Below are positions 1 through 6,911 of a DNA stretch of 64,000 nt, piece by piece. The translations under genes were made by a program, and so were the position numbers. The notes below the pieces were generated by a model. It was not told the DNA's origin. It did not search any database and was given only the letters and a program-made list of their open reading frames with translations. The DNA is from an uncultured Candidatus Saccharimonas sp. (lineage in GTDB: Bacteria; Patescibacteriota; Saccharimonadia; Saccharimonadales; AWTP1-31). Within the stretch, counting starts at the first letter, position 1. The number at the start of each line of letters is the position of its first letter. The stretch covers positions 4,600 to 68,599 of the forward strand of contig CALRBE010000004.1 of assembly GCA_943354005.1 (NCBI GenBank), in the 5' to 3' direction.

Positions 1-621
1 CGAGGTGCTTTCTTGGAATCTATTGGAGAAAAACCAGCCACACTAGCTACTCTTGAAGCCACTGCAACAGATCTACGTAATCTTTTTCAAGATAAAGAAA
101 AGAGTATACCAATCTATATTGGTGGATTTGGACAAAAAGTATTGGGTCTTGCAGGCAGGCTGGGGGTGGACGGCATAAAATTAGGTGGAAGCACCAATCC
201 TCTTTTGGCTGAAAAAGCGAAACAAACAATTAACAATCCTTACGTAAAGGTAGTTCTGGGGGCAGTCTCAGTAATCGATGCAGATAGAAAAGCAGCACGC
301 CAACTTGCGCGCAGAGAAGTTGCCAAATATCTAGATGTAGTTGGGTCGTTAGATACAACACTCGATCAGGACGAATTGGCTTCACTGGCTATCTTCACTA
401 AAAGGTTTCGATTGGGAGATCCACAAGCCAGTGATTCCATATCAGATTCACTACTTGATAAATTCTCTATTGCCGGCACACCAGAAGATGCTATCGAAGC
501 AGTTTCCAAAATGAATGGACTTGTTGACCGCTTTGAATTCGGTACACCGCATGGCCTGATGGACCGTACGAGAGCAATACACTATATAGGCCAGTCAATT
601 ATTAATGAGCTAAGGAAATAA
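1..621 (+). CDS. Luciferase-like (LLM/Mer-type) flavin- or F420-dependent oxidoreductase, C-terminal part; 5' end lies outside the window
   Basis: The frame is open from nt 1. The C-terminal segment ...FSIAGTPEDAIEAVSKM...FEFGTPHG... resembles the C-terminal region of LLM-class oxidoreductases. The TTG at 13 is only the ORF-track start. Confidence 0.55.
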   Translation, partial: RGAFLESIGEKPATLATLEATATDLRNLFQDKEKSIPIYIGGFGQKVLGLAGRLGVDGIKLGGSTNPLLAEKAKQTINNPYVKVVLGAVSVIDADRKAARQLARREVAKYLDVVGSLDTTLDQDELASLAIFTKRFRLGDPQASDSISDSLLDKFSIAGTPEDAIEAVSKMNGLVDRFEFGTPHGLMDRTRAIHYIGQSIINELRK

Positions 622-622
622 T

Positions 623-937
623 ATGAAGTACTACTTGTTCGACTTAGAAATTGAGACTATAGGTGATCCAAAAACATATAACTGTTCGCACAAAGTCGGC
701 GATGGTCTAATTGTTAAAGGTGAAAACATAATGTTTAAACCAGGAACTAAACAGTTTTCCCACTATGCTCTAGCTAGCCTAATGCCTTATGTGGCTGCTA
801 AACAAAGAGCTTCTGAAGAATCAGATTTTATGTACTTTGAGTCTGAGATTGCTTGCCCCGACCCTAAATGTAGCGCATTGTTTCGATTTAAACGTTTAAA
901 AAAGCGACTATATAGCTATGAACCAATTGAGAAATAG
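623..937 (+). CDS. Small Cys-containing protein, possibly TIGR04076 family
   Basis: The 104-aa ORF starts 1 nt after the upstream stop. The pattern C-x-H-K-V-G-D ... P-Y-V ... C-P-D ... F-R-F recalls TIGR04076-type small proteins. This is a recall-based, weak call. Confidence 0.4.
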   Translation: MKYYLFDLEIETIGDPKTYNCSHKVGDGLIVKGENIMFKPGTKQFSHYALASLMPYVAAKQRASEESDFMYFESEIACPDPKCSALFRFKRLKKRLYSYEPIEK

Positions 938-1103
938 GATTTAGACCTACCGAAACCCTATTATTTAATTACTTGTCTACATTAAGATAAGTACGAAAGG
1001 GTGCTTATTCTATGGAATGGTGAGCTTGATGGTCTATAACCGTTTCGACCCATAACTGTCATAGAGCATAAAAATCCTTAAACTTTAATGGTATTATTAA
1101 GCT

Positions 1104-1556
1104 ATGAATAAAACTTCAAATGCTCAATATAACAGTAGTCAGTTCTCACCACTTAAAGACGGGTATAAACTCACCTATACAGAAAAAGACAACAGATTAA
1201 AGCTAGTCTACAAGGATGGATCCATCATATTTGATGTTAGTTTAGATGAAGTCGAAGGTATTTATAAAATGTATACTTTCCTGATCATAAAACTAAAGGA
1301 CAATACTAGGCACTTCATAAGCTTTGGCATTATTCTTAATTCAACCAAAGATATAAGAAGTCTTGATTTAACCGACACGAGTTATAGTGACGCAATGGAT
1401 GAATGGGTTAAATTACTAATATCCAAAGGAGTTAAGTTAAAATTGTCAACAAGTATAAGAATCCTATATTTCATACTATATTTCTGTGTTGCTAACTTTG
1501 TTCTACTGATAATTTTACGGTTAATACTTTTAATAGTGAAATTATCAAGTTCTTAA
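1104..1556 (+). CDS. Hypothetical protein with hydrophobic C-terminal anchor
   Basis: 150-aa ORF that is visibly more AT-rich than its neighbours. The C-terminal ~40 aa are strongly hydrophobic (ILYFILYFCVANFVLLIILRLILLIV). A TATTAT box lies 6 nt upstream of the ATG. I recognise no family. Confidence 0.45.
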   Translation: MNKTSNAQYNSSQFSPLKDGYKLTYTEKDNRLKLVYKDGSIIFDVSLDEVEGIYKMYTFLIIKLKDNTRHFISFGIILNSTKDIRSLDLTDTSYSDAMDEWVKLLISKGVKLKLSTSIRILYFILYFCVANFVLLIILRLILLIVKLSSS

Positions 1557-1608
1557 ACAGTAATGATCCAGTAACGTGAATGCTTACTGGACTTTAAATC
1601 AGAATATT

Positions 1609-1632
1609 TGGCTTGGGCGGAGGGATTCGAAC
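1609..1632 (-). other. Orphan tRNA 3'-end fragment (T-loop, T-stem 3' strand, acceptor 3' strand, CCA)
   Basis: The minus strand reads GTTCGAATCCCTCCGCCCAAGCCA. It matches the 3' end of the tRNA-Gln at 2554-2577 at 21 of 24 positions. No D arm, anticodon arm or 5' acceptor strand can be found upstream. Confidence 0.6.
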
Positions 1633-1744
1633 TACTATCATGAACTAACAACTAAGAGTCTCGTACCGTAAATTTGTCTAAAATTACTATATATAATTAG
1701 AATATAGACAATGGGATTCTAGTAACTAAAAGAGCTGCCGAAAT

Positions 1745-2497
1745 TTATTCAAAGTAACGGCTGGTTGTTGGCGCGGATAACCTCTTTCGCCACTCATCTT
1801 GATCTAGCGGTATAGTTGTTTCAACTGTAAGATGTTCTGGTGATACGGTGCCGGGGATGTAGAGACCCTCAAAGCCACCCTGTATAACACTCGGTAGTGC
1901 AAAGATGGTACAGTCCTTACCAGCTTCACGCAAACGACCAACTGCATCAGATAGGCGGTTGTTAATAATTTCAGGTGCGAAAGGGTCGGCCTTGAGTACA
2001 GTAATGCTTGCATCAGGAGTTAGGTAAGCTTCATGAAACCTATCTGTAATTGCTTGAGCTTGATTACGATCGTTTGTTGAGAACCCTTCGTTTAAGGCGA
2101 CATATCTCATTTCCTGGGCAAGTATCCAGGCTCGTTCAGGTACGCCATAACCAATATTATATCTGTCGCCAAACATACCTGGTGTGTAAAAGAATACACC
2201 ACGCTCGCGGTCATTACGTGTACCATTGACGTATATATCGAACATTCCGCTAACACCAGGCTTGCCACGTGTACGAAGTAGGTTACGTGCTAAAACTAGG
2301 TCTTCTTCCGTAATACTAGAAGAGTCACCATTCAGTCCCTCTTCTATAATCTGAGGTACTAAGCTGCTATGGGTGTTGTGTAGCAAATCAACAGAAGCGT
2401 AAATTTCTACTAATTCAGGCCAGTCATCAAATAACTCCGTAATTTCTGGAACAATTTGGTCTCTTTGTCGTTCAAAAGCTGCTTCGGGTGAAATCAT
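1745..2497 (-). CDS. Hypothetical protein (250 aa), no recognisable family
   Basis: Clean ORF that looks more GC-rich than the adjacent 1104-1556 ORF. An extended -10 (TGtTATAAT, complement of 2504-2512) ends 6 nt before the ATG. Confidence 0.6.
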   Translation of the reverse strand: MISPEAAFERQRDQIVPEITELFDDWPELVEIYASVDLLHNTHSSLVPQIIEEGLNGDSSSITEEDLVLARNLLRTRGKPGVSGMFDIYVNGTRNDRERGVFFYTPGMFGDRYNIGYGVPERAWILAQEMRYVALNEGFSTNDRNQAQAITDRFHEAYLTPDASITVLKADPFAPEIINNRLSDAVGRLREAGKDCTIFALPSVIQGGFEGLYIPGTVSPEHLTVETTIPLDQDEWRKRLSAPTTSRYFE

Positions 2498-2553
2498 AAT
2501 AACATTATAACATATAAACTACTAATTGTAAATAGATTATTAGTTAGCGATGA

Positions 2554-2627
2554 TGGCTGGGGATGAGGGATTCGAACCCCCGATCGCGGAACCAGAATCC
2601 GCTGCCTTACCACTTGGCCAATCCCCA
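2554..2627 (-). tRNA. tRNA-Gln (anticodon CUG), CCA encoded
   Basis: The minus strand folds as a cloverleaf: acceptor TGGGGAT/ATCCCCA, D arm GCCA-AGTGGTAA-GGCA, anticodon arm GCGGA-TTCTGGT-TCCGC (CTG at positions 34-36), T arm GGGGG-TTCGAAT-CCCTC (one G-T pair), discriminator G plus CCA. Length is 74 nt. Confidence 0.9.
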
Positions 2628-2633
2628 ACGAAC

Positions 2634-2665
2634 CCATGTATTTTAACAAAATATATGGTTTTTTT
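2634..2665 (+). terminator. Terminator-like hairpin plus T7 run with no obvious upstream + strand gene
   Basis: CCATGTATTT (2634-2643) pairs with AAATATATGG (2649-2658), giving 10 bp with one G-T wobble. The loop is TAACA and TTTTTTT follows at 2659-2665. The stem is AT-rich, so confidence is low. Confidence 0.35.
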
Positions 2666-2924
2666 CTAGGTGTACTAGTTTTACTCACTACTGTTGATAT
2701 TTTGTAGTCCCGATAAAGGTTGATACATCAGTGCATTAAGATATATCGCTACGCTATATACCAACAACTTACGTAACAAGAACAATAGTCCAACTTGACC
2801 CTGCTTCATAGGCATTAATAACTAATCACTTATCAATAAGGAGTTATGCGTTCTTTTTAGTTTGTCATTTCATTAAAAGTTTTTTTATAAATTTAGCAAT
2901 ATCTCCATGCGAGTGTGCTGGACC

Positions 2925-2953
2925 TTGTAACTTCAACACCCTAATGGTAATAT
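2925..2953 (+). promoter_or_regulatory. Putative sigma-70 type promoter of the protease gene
   Basis: TTGTAA (2925-2930), 17-nt spacer, TAATAT (2948-2953). It is followed by AGAAGGA (2962-2968), 9 nt before the TTG start at 2978. Confidence 0.45.
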
Positions 2954-2977
2954 GTTGAAATAGAAGGAAATTAAATT

Positions 2978-5386
2978 TTGCAAAGAAACAACAATAAAAG
3001 ATCAAAGAAACAAAATAGTCATCCTGAAAGCCTTTATGGACTAAAAAGGTTAACCAAGAGCCCCCATTTATCGCACAAACTAAGTAAGTCTATGGCAATC
3101 GTAGGCATCATTTTCGTAGTTATAATGCTGTTTGGAATCGGGGGCTATTTTTACATAACAAGTAAAGCTTCAAACAAAAATAACGACAATTACAAGAATA
3201 ATATAAATGATGCCTTAAACGCGGTTGGTGCAAGCGGCGGCGTATCAAATATTAGCAAAAATGCAAAAATTGAATCATCACTTGGCTTTTCACTCAAATT
3301 TGACCCGAGTACTACAACTGCCCAAGCGGAAGTTACAGATGCTAGCTCGACAGACAAGTATATTACAGGGAATGTATACGAGGGTGATGATGCATTAGAA
3401 AAAAGACCATATTCAATCGTTAAACTACGATTAAAAAAGAGAACAACAGATTTAGCCTTTGCCGAGCCTGAAGTTGTAATTTTAACCAATATCCGTAAAT
3501 CATATTGGGATAATGCACTTCCTGGGGAGCAGAAGATAGATACACTTATTAGAAAAAATAGTGCAGGAAAAACAAGCTACATCGGCTATGTAGGATCTAA
3601 ACCTGAAGATATATCGATTAACGGAAATAACTATAAGAAAATAACTTACACCAAATCAGTAAAATATGACCAAGCGACAGTTACTAGTAGTTTCATTGTT
3701 TACCTTACAGTACAGAATGATCGGCCTTACACAATAAATATCAATGGTATTACAAGTAATAATATTGATGAGATAAATGTTCTAAATTCAATTATAAGCA
3801 CTATTAAATATGAAAACTTTGACTCCTCCCAGCTTTCATTTAAGCAAGAATTACAAAGGGTGCTAGCAGCAGTCACAGGAGACACTTTAGACAAAGAAAA
3901 TAGCAATACTCCATTTGCCATTGATCCAGAGTCAGTTTTTAAGGTTATATTAAAAAATCAACCTTCAGTTGTGCGAATAGCAGTAATATCATGTGCTGAC
4001 ATAGAGCTTCCAGCAATTTCGAGTCAAAACAGTACAACTCTTAAGGGAGCGTGCGAAGGTGGCATTGGGAGTGGATCTATAGTTTCAGAAGACGGGTATA
4101 TTGCAACTAATGGTCACGTTGTAGATTTACCTAAAGATTATCTCTCTTCATATGTGGCCAATTCAATAACTGTTGAACAGCTTAAAACAAGGTTTAAGGA
4201 TATATCCGATTACCTAGTCAAAGAGGGCTTATTAAGTAAACAAGCCAATACAAATCTATTTAAAGATCTTGAATCAGGAAAGATCGATTATAATCAATTA
4301 CTTAGCGCATTTATGCAAATTGTTCCAAAAAATGTAAAAATATCTAACGATGAAACAAAGTACTACGCTCAGACCAGTACTAAAGCGATGAAGTTGGACA
4401 ATGTAAACAATAGGATAGTCGTCAAAAGCGATAGTACTATTAAGATTGCAAAATTTATAAGTAAAGATTTCGAAAATCCTACTGGTGTATCTGGACTTAG
4501 TGAAGATACAAAAGGCACAGATGTAGCTTTATTAAAAATTGAGGGCAAATACCCTTCAACTAAACTAGGATCAATTAAAAGCATAAGTAACGGTTCAGAA
4601 ATCACTGCGATAGGTTTCCCAGCATTTGTTGATGATGGGTTGGCTACAAAATCTGACAAAACTAAGCCTACAATTACACAGGGCAAGGTAACAGAATCCT
4701 ACACTCTTGACAGTAAAAATTTAATATTTACGAGCGTTCCAATCTCAGCCGGAAATAGTGGAGGTCCAGCATTCAACAAGGATGGATCTCAAATCGGTTT
4801 GAATACCTACGGTACACCTAAATGCCCCGATGGTAAATGTTTTGGAGAGGGCATCGTAAGAGACATTGCAGATTTAACTCAACTTGCAGACAAAAGTAAC
4901 ATTAAGTTATCCGAAACTAGCAGTATATCTACCGAATGGGCAAAGGGTCTAGATGCGTATCTTGCAAGTAACTTTAAAGGAGCAGTCAAGTCATTTAATA
5001 CAGTACAAAAAGAATATCCTGCTCTCTATCTAGCGGCATCAATGGAAAAGCTTTCGCAGTCTAAAGTAGGTTCACCAGGTGATAAGAGCAGCGAATTTGA
5101 ATCAGCTTCTAATCTTAAGATAATTGGCTTAATCGCTGGAGTTATCGTCATATTCTCAGGCTCTACTCTCGGCTTCTTCTTATTGCGCGGAAGCCATAAA
5201 AAGAATAAGCAGCTTAACGCCCAAGCCCAAGTGCCTGGCCAACAAGTACAAGCTACTACCATGCAGGTTCCTCAGCCGACCACAGCCTATACCCCGAACA
5301 ATCTTCCACCAAGTCCTCCAACTAACATTCCACCAAGCACCCCACCAAGTCCTCCAACTAACATTCCACCAAGCACCCCTTCATGA
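2978..5386 (+). CDS. Membrane-anchored trypsin-like (S1/HtrA-type) serine protease with a large N-terminal unknown domain and Pro-rich C-terminal tail
   Basis: N-terminal TM segment (MAIVGIIFVVIMLFGIGGYFYI). Catalytic-triad contexts are TNGHVV, DVALLKI and GNSGGPAF. A second TM lies near the C-terminus (IIGLIAGVIVIFSGSTLGFFLL), followed by the tail PPSPPTNIPPST x2. The TTG start at 2978 has an upstream RBS; an internal ATG start is also possible. Confidence 0.75.
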   Translation: MQRNNNKRSKKQNSHPESLYGLKRLTKSPHLSHKLSKSMAIVGIIFVVIMLFGIGGYFYITSKASNKNNDNYKNNINDALNAVGASGGVSNISKNAKIESSLGFSLKFDPSTTTAQAEVTDASSTDKYITGNVYEGDDALEKRPYSIVKLRLKKRTTDLAFAEPEVVILTNIRKSYWDNALPGEQKIDTLIRKNSAGKTSYIGYVGSKPEDISINGNNYKKITYTKSVKYDQATVTSSFIVYLTVQNDRPYTININGITSNNIDEINVLNSIISTIKYENFDSSQLSFKQELQRVLAAVTGDTLDKENSNTPFAIDPESVFKVILKNQPSVVRIAVISCADIELPAISSQNSTTLKGACEGGIGSGSIVSEDGYIATNGHVVDLPKDYLSSYVANSITVEQLKTRFKDISDYLVKEGLLSKQANTNLFKDLESGKIDYNQLLSAFMQIVPKNVKISNDETKYYAQTSTKAMKLDNVNNRIVVKSDSTIKIAKFISKDFENPTGVSGLSEDTKGTDVALLKIEGKYPSTKLGSIKSISNGSEITAIGFPAFVDDGLATKSDKTKPTITQGKVTESYTLDSKNLIFTSVPISAGNSGGPAFNKDGSQIGLNTYGTPKCPDGKCFGEGIVRDIADLTQLADKSNIKLSETSSISTEWAKGLDAYLASNFKGAVKSFNTVQKEYPALYLAASMEKLSQSKVGSPGDKSSEFESASNLKIIGLIAGVIVIFSGSTLGFFLLRGSHKKNKQLNAQAQVPGQQVQATTMQVPQPTTAYTPNNLPPSPPTNIPPSTPPSPPTNIPPSTPS
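5306..5377 (+). repeat. Perfect 36-bp tandem duplication (2 copies) inside the protease 3' end
   Basis: CCACCAAGTCCTCCAACTAACATTCCACCAAGCACC occupies 5306-5341 and repeats exactly at 5342-5377. It encodes PPSPPTNIPPST twice. Confidence 0.95.
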
Positions 5387-5436
5387 TAGTTCGTACTTTC
5401 TTAAATGCATCTAACATAAATAGTAGAAAGTAATAT

Positions 5437-5664
5437 ATGTCAGAGCAACCATCCATCATCCCATTTGTAATAGTTATAATAAATATTGTAGCTATATTGG
5501 TTGCGACTTACCTTATGATTTCTGGAATTTATAAGTATGAAAAATATAGAAAGCTAGGTGAATTACCTGATTCCATTCTAATTAAGAAATCAATGAAAAA
5601 AATAATCGTAGGTCTCATTGTATATTTAGTGCCTGTAGTTACCGAACTATTTATCAGTATTTAA
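5437..5664 (+). CDS. Small hypothetical membrane protein (75 aa, two hydrophobic segments)
   Basis: The ORF has two TM-like stretches (IIPFVIVIINIVAILVATYLMI and IIVGLIVYLVPVV). No homology recognised. Confidence 0.4.
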   Translation: MSEQPSIIPFVIVIINIVAILVATYLMISGIYKYEKYRKLGELPDSILIKKSMKKIIVGLIVYLVPVVTELFISI

Positions 5665-5776
5665 TCAAATAAATGTAGCAATATTTAGATTTACGTTGTT
5701 CACTATACCTTAGTACTATTGTTATTATGCTTACACGCTATCTTTGCTATAATATAATTATTAAAAGGGGTAACAT

Positions 5777-6901
5777 ATGAAACGTAAAAGTTTAATAATA
5801 GCTGGAATAAGTGGAATTTTGTCACTGTTCATTTTTGGAGGTGTGGCGCGCGCACAAGCTGTCCGATCAGCCGAAAGCGTAACTGTACCCAAAAACCAAG
5901 TCATTAATTCCATGCTTTATAGCTCAGGAACTGATATAAAAATAGAGGGTACAATCAACGGTGATCTTTTCTGTTTTGGCACAAACATTGTAATCTCCGG
6001 TATAGTTCTTGGGGATATCTATTGTTTTGGTCAAAATATTACGTTTACCGGTAACGCTAGCGGAAGCGTACGCCTAGCGGGGCAAGACATTACATATTCC
6101 GGTAAATCACTTGGAAGCGTAAGCCTTTTAGCATCAAAAGTTACAGTACAGAATGGTACAGATATCGGTAGAGACCTACTTGTTGCTGCAAGCAACACAA
6201 CAATTGATGGTAAGATTGGTCGCGATGCGTCTATTGCGGCTACCAACGCAACAATAACAGGTACTATCGGACGCGATCTAGGTGGAAGATATCAATTCCT
6301 GACACTTGCACCTTCCGCTAACGTTAAGGGAAGTATCGACTATACGAGTCAAAACGACCTTCTAAAATCTTCAAGTACACAAGTCGGTGGTAACATAAGT
6401 CGTCGCGACGTCGCTGCTAAAAGCGGTACACAGCTTCCAAGCATATATGTCTTTGGGGCCTATATCTTCATTTCTTTGTTAATCGTGTCTCTAACTGTTG
6501 TACTTATTTTTCCTAAGCTATTTACTAAAACTACAAAAGAAATTTCGGAGCGAACTGGGGCAACAATTGGTAAAGGTTTACTGACACTATTCATTGCACC
6601 TATTATATTAATTGTTATCTCTGCAACTCTTGTAGGTATACCACTTGCTGGATTAGCATTTGCTGCATGGCTAGTCGTATTGTTCATGAGCGGCCCAATA
6701 TTTGCTTACTACGTAGGCCATAGAGTTACTAAAGGTAAGCATTCACCTTTCGTTACTATGCTCGTAGGTTCTGTAATCGTATTGCTCCTATACCTAATCC
6801 CTATAGTAAATGCAATTATTGGTCTGGTTGTAGGAATTGTTGGATCTGGAGCAGCCGTCGGTGCCCTTAAGCATCACAAAGCTGTATCTAAGAAAGCTTA
6901 A
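5777..6901 (+). CDS. Secreted or membrane protein with bactofilin-like beta-helical repeats and a C-terminal polytopic membrane domain
   Basis: SD AAAGGGG lies upstream. Signal-peptide-like N-terminus ends ...GGVARA-QA. About 200 aa of G-x-I/V-x-G-D/S repeats follow (GTINGDLFCFGTNIVISGIVLGDIYCFGQNITFTGNASGSVRLAG...), typical of polymer-forming or bactofilin-like beta-helices. The C-terminal third contains 4-5 TM helices. Confidence 0.6.
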   Translation: MKRKSLIIAGISGILSLFIFGGVARAQAVRSAESVTVPKNQVINSMLYSSGTDIKIEGTINGDLFCFGTNIVISGIVLGDIYCFGQNITFTGNASGSVRLAGQDITYSGKSLGSVSLLASKVTVQNGTDIGRDLLVAASNTTIDGKIGRDASIAATNATITGTIGRDLGGRYQFLTLAPSANVKGSIDYTSQNDLLKSSSTQVGGNISRRDVAAKSGTQLPSIYVFGAYIFISLLIVSLTVVLIFPKLFTKTTKEISERTGATIGKGLLTLFIAPIILIVISATLVGIPLAGLAFAAWLVVLFMSGPIFAYYVGHRVTKGKHSPFVTMLVGSVIVLLLYLIPIVNAIIGLVVGIVGSGAAVGALKHHKAVSKKA

Positions 6902-6911
6902 AATATAGCTT

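Noticed and set aside
2494-2688. 64-aa minus-strand ORF from the ORF track
   Set aside because: It is almost entirely the tRNA-Gln gene (2554-2627) read as protein, so the ORF is spurious.
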